A DNA stretch of 64,000 nt from Macrostomum lignano. Lineage: Eukaryota. Shown here piece by piece: positions 11,156-25,085 of the stretch (positions within the stretch are counted from its first letter, which is position 1; each line of letters starts with the position of its first letter). The DNA lies in NCBI GenBank assembly GCA_002269645.1, contig NIVC01002426.1:124001-188000 (forward strand), given 5' to 3'. The notes below the pieces were generated by a model, which was not told the origin of the DNA, made no database searches, and worked only from the letters and a program-made list of their open reading frames with translations. The translations under genes and the position numbers were made by a program.

Positions 11156-11660
11156 TCTCCCTAATCCCTTCCCCTTATCGTTCTGTCGTATTCTATTCTT
11201 ACGATGTTCCTCCCATAAGCCTCTGCCACCTTATCTCTGCTTCCCAGCTACCCTTACCGACCAGTGTCCTATACTAACTTGTTATTCTTTCATTTTTGCA
11301 TCCTAGCTTGGAGCCTGGAAAACGTCGGCATATTTCTGCCTCAGCCAAAGATAAGCTCTGCCGCAGAAAATGTTAGAAAAGCAACTGTGATCAACTTCGA
11401 CAAAAGCAGACAGCACGTGTTTCCTAAAAACTCTGCTTGCCTAACAAAATAACACATCAATCCGTGTGTTTTTCTGGGCGGTACAAAATGCAGAACACCC
11501 ACCCAGCCTGGGTGATGCATCATCTACTGCCTTTTGTGCAGTTGCTACCGACTCAACTTGTGTGAATTCTTGCTTTTGACGAATGACTGTACTTTGTGGC
11601 CTTGGATAGATTGTTTGTCAGAAATGGCTGGCTGTTCTGCGGCTAGAGATAGAGATAGAG

Positions 11661-12439
<779 letters not shown>

Positions 12440-13304
12440 GACATGTGTAACTTTCATTAAAGAATTTGTGCTGTTAGCTGGTGCATGACAAATCCAGGAA
12501 ATCAGTCAGAGTTTCTTGGCATAAAGATACTTTTTTGCACCTTGTCATTTTCTGCTTTCTCTCCTTCCTGTTTCTTTTATTCGGGGCAAAGAAGCTGCTA
12601 GCAACGGTGAGGCGGCTTGGCGCGTAGCGAGAGCGTGATAAACTGTGACAAGGCAGCTCTGCCTCTAATTACACGCCAAAGTTTCCTGGGAAAGTGCACA
12701 CACAGCAGAGGGGTGTCGCTATGCAGTCATTTACTGAGCCTCACTGACCAGAAACAGATGGCGCGATTGGAAACTGCGCCTCTCGTATCTCGTATAAATC
12801 TTGTCCCCAACAACAGATACTTGCAAAGTTGAGAAAAGTGCAGTTCACTACTCGCGTTATGCCTGCATGGCAACAAAGAATTAAATGCAATAGCTTGTGA
12901 CACAATTCACATCATGTTAGAATAGGCTGGCCACTAGCTATAGCAACTCCAGGTTTCAAATATAATAAACTGTACGCTTTCCCTCTTTGCAGGGCTTGCC
13001 TGGCTTCCGTCTGTCTCCTGTCTGCCCCCCCCCCCCCCCAGTTTTCTGCAGGCTCTGAGTGAGTCCCCTCCCTTCTCCGCCTCTCCATCTTCCCAAGCAC
13101 TCCAGACCGGTGTGTAAAGCAGTCGGCAGTCTGGCACGCGCGCGCACCAAGCAGGCGCTGAAGTGCTGCCGACAATCTACTTTTGGTACAGCATGATGGC
13201 GTGGAATGATGAGGATCGAATTAGGGGAGATTAGCGATGAGAGACGCAAGGCGAAGGGCAGAGAAAGATAGATAAATAGATATAGTGATTGGGGAGAGAT
13301 AGTT

Positions 13305-14500
13305 AGAGATAGAGGTGGATAGAGATGGTTAGAGGTGGATAGAGATGGTTAGAGGTGGATAGAGGTGGTTAGAGGTGGATAGAGATGGTTAGAGGTGGAT
13401 AGAGATGGTTAGAGGTGGATAGAGATGGTTAGAGGTGGATAGAGATGGTTAGAGGTGGATAGAGATGGTTAGAGGTGGATAGAGATGGTTAGAGGTGGAT
13501 AGAGATGGATATAGATAAATAGAGATGATTAGGGATGGATAGAGATGGATAGAAGTGGATAGAGATGGATATAGATAAACAGAGATGGATAGAGGTGGAT
13601 AGAGATGGATATAGATAAACAGAGATGGATAGAGGTGGATAGAGATGGATAGAAGTGGATAGAGATGGATATAGATAAACAGAGATGGATAGAGGTGGAT
13701 AGAGATGGATAGAAGTGGATAGAGATGGATATAGATAAATAGAGATGGTTAGAGATGGATAGAGATGGATAGAAGTGGATAGAGATGGATATAGATAAAC
13801 AGAGATGGATAGAGGTGGATAGAGATGGATAGAAGTGGATAGAGATGGATATAGATAAATAGAGATGGATAGAGGTGGATAGAGATGGTTAGAGGTGGAT
13901 AGAGATGGTTAGAGGTGGATAGAGATGGTTAGAGGTGGATAGAGATGGATATAGATAAATAGAGATGATTAGGGATGGATAGAGATGGATAGAAGTGGAT
14001 AGAGATGGATATATATAAACAGAGATGGATAGAGGTGGATAGAGATGGATATAGATAAACAGAGATGGATAGAGGTGGATAGAGATGGATATAGATAAAT
14101 AGAGATGGTTAGAGATGGATAGAGATGGATAGAAGTGGATAGAGATGGATATAGATAAACAGAGATGGATAGAGGTGGATAGAGATGGATAGAAGTGGAT
14201 AGAGATGGATATAGATAAACAGAGACGGATAGAGGTGGATAGAGATGGATAGAAGTGGATAGAGATGGATATAGATAAACAGAGATGGATAGAGGTGGAT
14301 AGAGATGGATAGAAGTGGATAGAGATGGATATAGATAAATAGAGATGGATAGAGGTGGATAGAGATGGATAGAAGTGGATAGAGATGGATAGAAGTGGAT
14401 AGAGATGGATATAGATAAACAGAGATGGATAGAAGTGGATAGAGATGGATATAGATAAATAGAGGTGATTAGGGACGGACAGAGATGGATAGAGGTTGAT
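13305..14500. repeat. 10/20-bp purine-rich composite satellite (agagatggat/agaggtggat/atagataaac)
   Basis: Direct reading. Confidence 0.95.
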
Positions 14501-15282
14501 TGAAATGGATAACAGGTCTCAGAAACACACGGATTACATGTATTTGATAAAAATAAATAATTAGGCTCGTGCAGGAGGGATGCGAACACCCTGGCGCAAC
14601 GCGGGCGTAAAAATTCTCACGGGTGTGAATTTTGCGACAATGTGTGCATGGGAGAGTCGGTCATGTTTACCAATGAGCTGCTCTCCCCTCCCAAGGATAA
14701 CTGATGAGCATAAAAACTAGTAATGAGAATCAAAGAGTATCATAGCGATGACTCATATTGCAGAGTGGAGTGACAGGAAACAGCAGGGGTTATAGAAGCT
14801 GGAGCAGTTAAATCACAGACAGATGCAGATGATGATGCGGCAGTGAAGCTGGGAGAGCCAGCCGCACAAAAGCCGCAGTCATTCATAATGGCTATGTAGC
14901 TATAAATGTAGCTTCGATTATAAATCATCAAAAGAGTCGCCTTTCTGAGTTATTCCTGAGTGCAGTTCATGACCGGAAGTTGCATAAACTGCCATCAGCC
15001 ATAGCTGCAACAGTTGCAATATCTGCTTTTGCAATTAGTCTGGCGAGCTTCAGCACACTAGGGGGGGGGGTAATATATATATTTGGCGTCTGCATGAAAT
15101 GGGCATGCAGCGGGTTGCCTCTTCTGTTCCTTTCACCTCAGCTTTTACGATTTGAACTAAGTGACACCCAGCCCCGACTTATTTTTTAAGTTTTTTATTA
15201 CCTTGATCTTTGCGCTCTCTATTATCACCCTGTTCCTAAATCTAATTTTATTGCTACCTTTGACTCTCTTGCATCTGCATTC

Positions 15283-15632
15283 CTGCATCTCCGATCCCTG
15301 CATCTCCGATCCCTGCATCTCCGATCCCTGCATCTCCGATCCCTGCATCTCCGATCCCTGCATCTCCGATCCCTGCATCTCCGATCCCTGCATCTCCGAT
15401 CCCTGCATCTCCGATCCCTGCATCTCCGATCCCTGCATCTCCGATCCCTGCATCTCCGATCCCTGCATCTCCGATCCCTGCATCTCCGACCCCTGCATCT
15501 TCGATCCCTGCATCTCCGATCCCTGCATCTCCGATCCCTGCATCTCCGATCCCTGCATCTCCGACCCCTGCATCTTCGATCCCTGCATCTCCGACCCCTG
15601 CATCTCCGATCCCTGCATCTCCGATCCCTGCA
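15283..15632. repeat. 15-bp minisatellite (ctgcatctccgatcc)n
   Basis: Direct reading. It produces the DPCIS/MQGSE/DAGIG ORFs. Confidence 0.95.
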
Positions 15633-16437
15633 TCTTTCTCTCTCTCTCTTTCTCTCTCTCTCTCTTTTGAATCTTCCTGCATCTTCCTGAATATTCCTGC
15701 GATCCCCGTCTATTTCCATAATCTCAGTTTCTTTGGTCACATTTTGCTGCAGATCGCCAATGCCCCCCCCCCCCTGCACACAGACAGCATGGGTGGTGCA
15801 GCCGAGTTCCATTAGCAACAAGTTCCTTAAGCAAATCTTTCAAATCTGCGAATGCATGTGGCTAACGCAAGAAAACAAACAAGCGCCCGAGCCCGAAAAA
15901 GAAGATTTTCGGCGCCAATGATTCGAATAATTTTTCTTTTGCCAAGAAAGTTATTAACGAAAGAATTGAAGTGGAAGGCTATTTTTTGGTATATAGAAAA
16001 TGCCAGGATTGGGGATTCACATGTTTATCCTATGTTATGTTTTGTTATACACAGAAATAATAAATTTGCTTACAGCTTCGTGGGAGTCTTTGATGTCCTG
16101 CCGAAAGAGGGGAGCAGATCCGACAAGGGTGACCTTGGGGAATTTGGAAAATTTGGATTAGGGTAGGAAACAAACACCTCACAAAGAAAATTTAACGAAC
16201 CAAGATAGATCAGATCAGATACGCGAGGCGACCCCGTGTTCCCGTTGGCATTGCCGCTTTTATGTATATAAAACTCTGCGCTCCTCTGCGTGGCTCTTGC
16301 CCTGGGGATTGGAGTGGGCCTGCTGTCTCCTGCTGTATTGGACCGACTGAGCTGGGGGACAATCAGCCAATCAGCGGTCACAATACGACGCAATGTGAGG
16401 CTGCAGCTGAGTTCACTGCTCATTATGGTTTGCAATA

Positions 16438-16440
16438 ACC

Positions 16441-16517
<77 letters not shown>

Positions 16518-16520
16518 GCC
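16438..16520. repeat. (CTGT)n microsatellite
   Basis: Direct reading. Confidence 0.95.
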
Positions 16521-17142
16521 TATCTGTCAGTTTGTATACGAGCTATCGATCCAAAAATCTATTCTCACATACGTACATTCATCCGCTTGCATGCCGATTT
16601 CCATTAAATTTATGATCAGATATTTTTAATTCCCTCTGTACCCTTACATATCATTAATCTCCTCATAAGTTAGCAGCTTGCATTCGCGATGACACCATGC
16701 ATGCATGCCACCGACTCTAGTGGCCGAAATGCTTCAAGTACAGAACTATATGCGGCCATTTTGAGCTAGCAAAGCCAATGCATTTTAGGATAAGCTATCG
16801 TCACAATCCTAGCTATGCAAGCAGCACAAATGCACGCATGCCATAAATCACAAACTTCAAAAGGACTCTTAGACATGCGCCTTAGTAAACAGTGCGTAGC
16901 CCTGCGGTTGTAAAATTTACGACTGAGCGAAGATTGCGGAGAGTGCAGATCAGGTAGCGCATTTAAATGAAGTTCAACAACTGCTGAAAACTCTGATAAC
17001 TGCGAGCTGCTGGGTTACTGATAAAAATTTTACAGGAAGCTGTGCCAACCTGAGTGAAATTCAATGGAGTAAAAAACTTTTGTATGAAGCCTGGGTAGGT
17101 TAAATCCGCGAGCAACTTAAATAATAGTGATTTTCTATTTAT

Positions 17143-17278
17143 GCTAGATTAGCAATCCATTACATTCTTTTATCAGTGTGTATTGGCTAGATTAGCAATC
17201 CATTACATTCCTTTATCAGTGTGTATTGGCTAGATTAGCAATCCATTACATTCCTTTATCAGTGTGTATTGGCTAGAT
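17143..17278. repeat. 43-bp tandem repeat, 3 copies
   Basis: Unit gctagattagcaatccattacattcctttatcagtgtgtattg. Confidence 0.9.
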
Positions 17279-17764
17279 AATATTATTTCATCCCTTTATG
17301 AAGAAATATTACTGTCACCATGACCCTCAAGCGGCCAGAAAATTCTTTTTTTAGTAAGTCAGAAGTTTGCAAGTACAAAATGTCCTTTGTAGCATGGTGA
17401 ACTATACTTCAGTGCTAAGAGAAGGTTAGAGTTATAAAATTATGTGCAGGTGATGTTTCACAGTCTGCTCAAATTTGGTCTAATTAAATTGATTGGTACC
17501 GCATGCGCTTATAGCTAATCAGCTCCCTTAGCTTCATACTCAGCCTCAGCATCGTCCACTCTTCATCAGCAGAGTTACACTTGTTCACTCAATGTATGTC
17601 CCACATCAATTCTGCAGTAATTAAATTATTGATTTATTTATTTTTCAAGGTCATTGTTAGATACCTGGAGTGTTTTGTTTGGTTCTCGATGATATGGCTT
17701 CTGGCGCCGATTTCACAATGAGTGGCGCCGATTTCACAAAGAGTGGCGCCGCTTTCGCAATGAG

Positions 17765-18180
17765 TGGACTCGGGATCGGGACTCGGGATCTGGACTTCGG
17801 ATCGGGACTCGGGACTCGGGACTCGGGATCGGGACTCGGGATCTGGACTCGAGATCGGAACTTGATACTGGGACTCGGGATCTGGACTTGGGACTTCGGA
17901 TCGGGACTCGGGACTCGAGATTCGGGATCGGGACTCGGGATCTGGACTCGGGATTGGGACTCGGGACTTCGGATCGGGACTCGGGACTCGGGATTCGGGA
18001 TCGGGACTCGGGATCTGGACTCGGGATTGGGACTCGGGACTTCGGATCGGGACTCGGGATTCGGGATCGGGACTCGGGATCTGGGCTCGGGACTCGGGAC
18101 TTCGGATCGGGACTCGGGATTCGGGATCGGGACTCGGGACTTCGGATCGGGACTCGGGACTCGGGATTCGGGATCGGGAC
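17765..18180. repeat. GC-rich composite repeat of gggactc/gggatc/ggactt units
   Basis: Direct reading. It ends about 35 bp upstream of a TATA box. Confidence 0.9.
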
Positions 18181-18216
18181 AAAAGATCTATATACATGTA
18201 GGTTCGGCTCTCTGCC

Positions 18217-18223
18217 TATAAAA
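18217..18223 (+). promoter_or_regulatory. Candidate TATA box for the Cys-rich ORF
   Basis: cTATAAAAag about 120 bp upstream of the ATG at 18344. Confidence 0.45.
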
Positions 18224-18343
18224 AGCTCCTTGCGGAAGGAAATACGAGCATATCAATCGATTTTAGACATAGACACCCAGATTGGCAACTTGTGTAAATA
18301 TACAAGCCGATAAAAGGTGAACCCCAGTGCCCGTCATCTCGTC

Positions 18344-18589
18344 ATGGGGCTGTGCTGCTTGAGCTGCTTGCTAACAAACTGCTGCCTGAGCTGCATCAAG
18401 TCCACAGTCAGCTGTCTCTACAGCTGTATCTGCAGCTGCCTCTGCTGTTGCTGTCGGTCCAGAAACAATAAAGACAAAAGCAAAAAAATCGATAAAAAGA
18501 ATGAAAGTGCAAGAGGCAATGACTCAGAACCTGCTGTTGCTACCGAGACCGCTTCAGCTGATGCAACTGCTGCAAGAGCCAATGAGTGA
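18344..18589 (+). CDS. 81-aa Cys-rich micro-protein with MG-x-CC N-terminus, basic cluster and Ala/Glu tail
   Basis: Non-repetitive ORF MGLCCLSCLLTNCCLSC...CLCCCCRSRNNKDKSKKIDKK... with ATG context gtcATGG and an upstream TATA. No homolog recognised. Confidence 0.55.
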   Translation: MGLCCLSCLLTNCCLSCIKSTVSCLYSCICSCLCCCCRSRNNKDKSKKIDKKNESARGNDSEPAVATETASADATAARANE

Positions 18590-18789
18590 CAATTTCCTAC
18601 TAAGCTTTTTCTGATCGGCACTGCAGTCAACAGTTTGTTTTATCCTACTTTTATTTTTGATGAAAATTTGTTTCTTTTTAAAGTACAAATGCACAGTGCA
18701 GTAATTTAATCTAGCAAACAATTGCGCAATTCCCAGATTTTTAGATTTTTTTGTGGATTTGTACGAAACTTTAGATTCTCGGATCCCTC

Positions 18790-19405
18790 CCGTGTCACTC
18801 AGATGTCAGATTCACTGGTGTCACTCAGATGTAAGATTCACAGGTGTCACTCGGATGTCAGATTCACGGGTGTCAATCAGATTCACAGGTGTCACTCAGA
18901 TGTCAGATTCACTCACAGGTGTCAATCAGATGTCAGATTCACAGGTTTTAATCAGATGTCAGATTCACAGGTGTTAATCAGATGTCAGATTCACAGGTGT
19001 CACTCGGATGTCAGATTCACAGGTGTCACTCGGATGTCAGATTCACTCACAGGTGTCACTTGGATGTCAGATTCACTCACAGGTGTCACTCGGATGTCAG
19101 ATTCCCAGGTGTCACTCGGATGTCAGATTCCCAGGTGTCACTCGGATGTCAGATTCACTCATAGGTGTCACTCGGATGTCAGATTCCCAGGTGTCACTCG
19201 GATGTCAGATTCCCAGGTGTCACTCGGATGTCAGATTCACAGGTGTCACTCAGATGTCAGATTCACAGGTGTCAATCAGATGTCAGATTCACAGGTGCCA
19301 CTCAGATGTCAGATTCACAGGTGTCACTCGGATGTCAGATTCACAGGTGTCACTCGGATGTCAGATTCACAGGTGTCACTTGGATGCCAGATTCACAGGT
19401 GTTAC
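18790..19405. repeat. ~26-bp minisatellite (gatgtcagattcacaggtgtcactcg)n
   Basis: Direct reading. Confidence 0.95.
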
Positions 19406-20499
19406 TAACACTCAGATCTACAGAAATCTGAGTTTAGAGATACCAGCACCTGCTATATAAAATGTAATAATGAAGGCATCGAAAGCAATAAAATTTTATT
19501 GAAGGTTGAACAGACAGCCAAGAGATGCTTTTATATAACCGTAATTATTATTATATTAATATTTAATCATAGCGTCATACAATTATACAGAATCATCTCG
19601 GGGAGGCAAAAGTCTTATAAAAGCAATTAGCAAGTTACAATTTCTTACAAAATTTCAAACTTGAGTAAAGCAAAATATTTATAGGGATTTTTATATTATT
19701 TTTACAATACTCTGCTTCGATACTAATTATGATTTCCTACAACTATATAAGTCGGGCGCATTTATGTAGAAAAAAGCCAGCAAATTTACACATAAAACGT
19801 CGATTTATTACTTCGTCGCGATCACACTACTATCAATAGCAATCATTGCAAATAAGCGCAGAAATACATTTTTTCTACGCAATAATTTTCTGTCGCAGGA
19901 AATTGCCCCTTTTTTACACCCTAAAGCTGTTCAGTAGTAAGTAAAGCAAAATAATTGTATTATCTTTTGAAATTGGAAAATTAATTTGTCGTATAAATTG
20001 TTAAACAGTAAGGATGGAAGATGTGGACATACTGGAGTAAATCATTCAGAGACAAAAAGCATGAAAAAGTATGAGAAAAAGGGTTGGTATTTCTTCTGAC
20101 AAATAGTACTGCACCCAGATGGCCGATTGAAGAAAATACAGCAGGTTTACAGCATTCAGACTTTTATAATCGTAATAATTATAATCTCTGCTGTGAGATG
20201 CGAGGCTCTCAGACAGCACAGAGAAAAATAGGGATGGTTTGACTAAATATTTATCATACGGTTGTCTCCCAGATGCTCTTCCCGATATGTATCGAAAAAC
20301 AACTTTTATCTAACAATATTACCGAAGCAACATACACTACCTAATAGTCTAATGAAACTGCAAAAATACCTACCGAGATGTATCGATAAAATTTTCCCAA
20401 TTAAAGAATCTAAAGAAGAGCCAAAATAGGGACTATTATATATTTTATATTTCATATCACTTGGTAACGAAGTAAAAAGCTTGCGTTTATTAATTCAGT

Positions 20500-20808
20500 T
20501 TACTTTAACCAAGCTGTTCCCTCGGCAACGAAGGCAACGCTACCGTCGGCCGAGTGCTTGCTCAGTGCGCTCAGACACCGGGCCGCCTGGGACAGGGCCA
20601 CCTCAAGCGCTGGACGCGACGGCTGGCAGCGAGATTCGAGTATGGCCGAGTTCAGAGCTCTGGCCAAGGGTTCGCGTTGTTCGCTGTCTAACAGATGCGA
20701 CATTGGCGACTGGGCCGGCTGTTCGTAGGCAAGCAGGCTAATTGCGTCAGCGAATGGCGCCTGGTCAAGGCCGTGATTCACGCGGAGCGTGTGCAGCTCC
20801 CGGCCGAG
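20500..20808 (-). CDS. RANBP9: RanBP9/10 exon 4 (CRA domain, stop)
   Basis: Acceptor tccAG|CTC. LGRELH...DAISLLAYEQPAQSPMSHLLDSEQREPLARALNSAILE matches the RanBPM CRA domain. Confidence 0.92.
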   Translation of the reverse strand, partial: LGRELHTLRVNHGLDQAPFADAISLLAYEQPAQSPMSHLLDSEQREPLARALNSAILESRCQPSRPALEVALSQAARCLSALSKHSADGSVAFVAEGTAWLK

Positions 20809-20834
20809 CTGGATGGAAGGGTGGCGGCGGCACA

Positions 20835-21045
20835 TCAAAGGACTAATTAAGATAGGTAGAAGCGGCAATAAAAAGGACTAATTAAGATAGGTAGAAGCGG
20901 CACGTCAAAGGACTAATTGAGATAGGTAGAAGCGGCACGTCAAAGGACTAATTAAAATAGGTAGAAGCGGCACATCAAAGAACTCACTAAGATAGGTAGA
21001 AGCGGCACATCAAAGGACTAGAAGCGGCACATCAAAGGACCCTGG
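20835..21045. repeat. 35-bp intronic tandem repeat (aaggactaattaagataggtagaagcggcacatca)
   Basis: About 6 copies filling RANBP9 intron 3. Confidence 0.9.
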
Positions 21046-21076
21046 AAAATTCCGAGGTTAAACACCTAAGCCGTAC

Positions 21077-21529
21077 CTGAAATATCCTATCAATATCGGT
21101 TGTCTTCTCTACGTCTCTTTTCGACACCGCCGAGCTGCCTTCTTCTCGCATTTCGACATCGCCGGAAACGCTGGCAGCCGCAGCGACAGCCAGCTGTGGA
21201 ATGGCGGAGCTGACGTCAGTTCGTGACACCAGCTCAATGAACTGGCGGCATTTCAATTGAAAGTGCAGGTTAGGATTGGCCGCCAGCAAACCCGGATGCA
21301 ACTCCTCCGTGCGTCGTAGGGCCTCGTCCAGATCGCCTTTCAATAGTAGGCTTAGTAGTCCTTGACGCGATCGGATGTCCTCGGCGGGTTCAATCAGGTC
21401 GATGCGGGCGGATTTGGCCAGAGCTTCGGCGGCGCCTGAATAGCCGTGATGGACCAGGAGGCCGCATACCAGACTGTCTACCGTGCGAACCCACTCGCCA
21501 TGCTTGTTGCTGACTGGATGGCGGGCCAC
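21077..21529 (-). CDS. RANBP9: RanBP9/10 exon 3 (LisH + CTLH)
   Basis: gcAG|GTG...CAG|GTACGG, phase 0-0. LVCGLLVHHGYSGAAEALAKS is LisH; RQGLLSLLLKGDLDEA...NPNLHFQLKCRQFIELV is CTLH. Confidence 0.93.
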
Positions 21530-21544
21530 CTGCGCGTGAAATCA

Positions 21545-22652
21545 AAAGAAGCTATTAGAAATGAAGGGAAGCTATTGGAAATGAAGGGAAGCTATTGGAA
21601 ATGAAGGGAAGCTATTGGAAATGAAAGGAAGCTATTGGAAATGAAAAGAAGCTATTGTAAACAAGGGAAGCTATTGGAAATGAAGGGAAGCTATTGTAAA
21701 CAAGGGAAGCTATTGGAAATGAAGGGAAGCTATTGGAAATGAAGGGAAGCTATTGGAAATGAAGGGAAGCTATTGGAAATGAAAAGAAGCTATTGTTAAT
21801 GAAGGGAAGCTATTGGAAATGAAGGGAAGCTATTGTAAACAAGGGAAGCTATTGTAAACAAAGGGAAGCTATTGTAAACAAAGGGAAGCTATTGTCAATG
21901 AAGGGAAGCTATTGTAAATAAAGGGAAGCTATTGTAAATGAAGGGAAGCTACTGTAAATAAAGGGAAGCTATTGTCAATGAAGGGAAGCTATTGTAAATG
22001 AAGGGAAGCTATTGTAAATGAAGGGAAGCTATTGTAAACAAAGGGAAGCTATTGTAAACAAAGGGAAGCTATTGTAAATGAAGGGAAGCTATTGTAAATG
22101 AAGGGAAGCTATTGTAAATAAAGGGAAGCTATTGTAAATAAAGGGAAGCTATTGGAAATGAAAAGAAGCTATTGTAAATGAAGGGAAGCTATTGGAAATG
22201 AAAAGAAGCTATTGGAAATGAAAAGAAGCTATTTTAATGAAGGGAAGCTATTAGAAATGAAGGGAAGCTATTGGAAATGAAGGGAAGCTATTGTGAATGA
22301 AGGGAAGCTATTGTAAATGAAGGGAAGCTATTGTAAACAAAGGGAAGCTATTGTCAATGAAGGGAAGCTATTGTAAATGAAGGGAGGAAGCTATTGTAAA
22401 TGAAGGGAAGCTATTGGAAATGAAGGGAAGCTATTGTAAATGAAGGGAAGCTATTGTAAATGAAGGGAAGCTATTGGAAATGAAGGGAAGCTATTGTAAA
22501 TGAAGGGAAGCTATTGGAAATGAAAAGAAGCTATTGGAAATGAAGGGAAGCTATTGTAAACAAAGGGAAGCTATTGTAAATGAAGGGAAGCTATTGTAAA
22601 TGAAGGGAAGCTATTGGAAATGAAAAGAAGCTATTGGAAATGAAGGGAAGCT
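21545..22652. repeat. 20-bp intronic minisatellite (gaagggaagctattgtaaat)n
   Basis: Direct reading. It abuts the 3' splice site of exon 3. Confidence 0.95.
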
Positions 22653-22805
22653 GGTGAATACGGAGGCAGACATTTAAAATTTCAAAAGGACAATGGATGG
22701 AACTAAAACTGACACAATACATAATCATATACAGACATAAAATAAAAGCTTACAGAATCAAGGCAACCACAATAACAATGAGAGCAAAGGGGCGAGTCAG
22801 CTCAC

Positions 22806-23299
22806 CTGCGCCCTGACCCGATCTCTGGTCTCAGTCAGATAAGCCGGAAAATCGAACGCAAATTTCTCCGAGCCAAAATTGGCTTCAACAGTTTCTCCCT
22901 GACTCTGCAGGCCGACAACTGGATAGAAATTGGCGGACGGCGCAATGTCGGTAAACGGGCCGGAGCCCAGGAACAGGCCGTTCAATGTGAAGAAAATGCA
23001 GCGCTCGGCAAAGTTGATGCCGCAGCCGACAATGTCGCCGGTGCCAAATTTCGGCCCGAATTCTACTCCCATAGTATTGCTCATGAAAGCGTTGCCATCG
23101 TCGCCATGGTAACCGTAGGAGTCCTTCTCCCAGCCTGGATGCCGATCGCTTTTAAAAGCGGCTCCTCTGTTCAAGCCGATGCCAATGTAGCCGTCCTTGC
23201 CTTTGTCCGTGACTCGGATTTCAAAGTAATAGGCGCCGCACAGGGGCGGAATTGGTGCATCGGCTCTGACTGTGCCGGCGTCCTTTGACTTGGCGTTGC
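22806..23299 (-). CDS. RANBP9: RanBP9/10 exon 2 (SPRY domain)
   Basis: gcAG|GC...CAG|GTGAGC. YYFEIRV...GYIGIG...PGWEKDSYGYHGDDG...FGPKFGTGDIVGCGINF...YPVVGLQSQGETVEANFG. Confidence 0.96.
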
Positions 23300-25085
23300 C
23301 TGCGCAAGGGAGTGGCCAATTGATAAGAAACTTATAAGTAACAACTGACAGCTCAGCCATAGCTATTGCCCGGCACATTTGAAGGCTTGTGTTTTATTTC
23401 TGATTAAAGAGCCAATGCACATTAGTCCTTTAGTGCAAAATCTTGGGTTTTGACTGCATTCTTTCTAGAAGTTCAAATTGTCCTACCATTGTGGCGTAAT
23501 TTTTTATTTGTCTTTATTTTGTGGTGTCCCATGTGTAGCAGTTAAGGCTTATCACAACCAAATTGAAAATCCATTAAACTGAATTAATGGTTTTGTTAGT
23601 ATAAATTTTTTTTGTTTTTTGTTTTCTTAAAATAAATATTTTTCAATGTTTCCACACTTTTTGTATTGTTTTTTTTGACACAACAAATACAATTATATTT
23701 TAGTTTTGTTAAACTATTTAGTTTTTGAAAAATATTGTCTGCAACATATGAAATATTAAAGACATTTGATCTCAAAAGTGTTTTTCTTTGTGTATGTATT
23801 AATGACACTGCTGGCATTGCAAATTTTACTCTTTGTTTTTGAATATTAGTCCTGATCTAGACTCCAGATGGTATATATATATGCTAGAAAATTTGAGCAT
23901 ACAAAGGGACCTAGAGTATACCATTGGTATGCAACTTAGCATATAGAGAGGCCTGGCATGCCCTCTTGGTATATAGAGATTGTTGAGACAGCAGGAAGGA
24001 CCATTGTGGTTATGAGTCACAATGAGTACACAGTTAGTATACAAAAGTTAATAAGTTTAGGTGTGCATAAATAATCTCTATAAACATAACTAGTTACAAT
24101 AACTAAATTTTGATCAAAAAGAATAGCTCCTAGAGTGGCCATTCCAAAAAATGGAAAACTAAATTTAAAATATTGTGTTTAACTTTTCTAAGAAGTTAAA
24201 AGTAAAACAAAAATATTTAAAATAAACTAGTTTTAGATATGGTGAAATCCAAAAAAGTGGGATAAAATGGCAAAACAAATCTGCAGACATTTGATAGAAG
24301 GTAATGTATCTAAAAAGCTTTTTGAAAGACAGATAAGTCTTTAAAATAGTTCTAGATAAAAACTATTATTTTATTGCTTTAAAACATTAAATAAATGAGT
24401 AAAAAACTACAAAAAAACTTTTTAAAAGTCTAAGTTGACCAATTTGCAATTTTTGTTTCACTCTTTTATTATTAAACAATTAATTTTAGTACTTATAGAC
24501 CTTAAAGAAGGCTAAATTTCTCACTACTTACAAAACAAAAAGTATACTGTGTTTTAGTTTTTATTTTATTCAATAAGATAAAGGATTTCTGAGGATTTCA
24601 AAGTTTTTCTAAAACCATATAAACTTGCAAAGATCCATACTAATTTTAAGTGCAAAGTTTGCCAGCAAGTATCTTTTTCTAAAAGTAAATATACTGCTAA
24701 TTCCTTGCTGCAAAATAATCTTTAACTTGTTTTCTTAATCTTTCATCTAAATATCAACTAGCATAGTATTATTTGTGTATGTAATATGCCTATTATGGTA
24801 CCACAAAATGTAAACCTGGCATACAAATCAAATGCTTCCTATAGGCTTATAAGGCGACAAAGAACAATGAAATTACAATTAAGATATGTATTATCACGAT
24901 GTGTATGTAGGAAAAAAGAATTTTCCAAATTGCTTTAGTAGAAGATGAGTAAAATGCAATTTTCCAATTCTTATGGGAATTCCAATGTGTTACCTGGCTT
25001 CCAAATCAGATGCTTACTATATGCTTATTAGGTGACAAAGAACAATGAAATTACACTTAAATATGTATAATTTTGGCATGCATGC

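Noticed and set aside
12912-13249. Short GC-rich ORFs
   Set aside because: No motifs or convincing splice signals; several overlapping frames are equally implausible.
14740-16435. Possible small multi-exon gene on the - strand (CCAAT/TATA near 16260-16380, donor near 16073, open stretch DLKDLLKELVANG)
   Set aside because: I could not find a start codon or a consistent splice path, and there is no recognisable homology.
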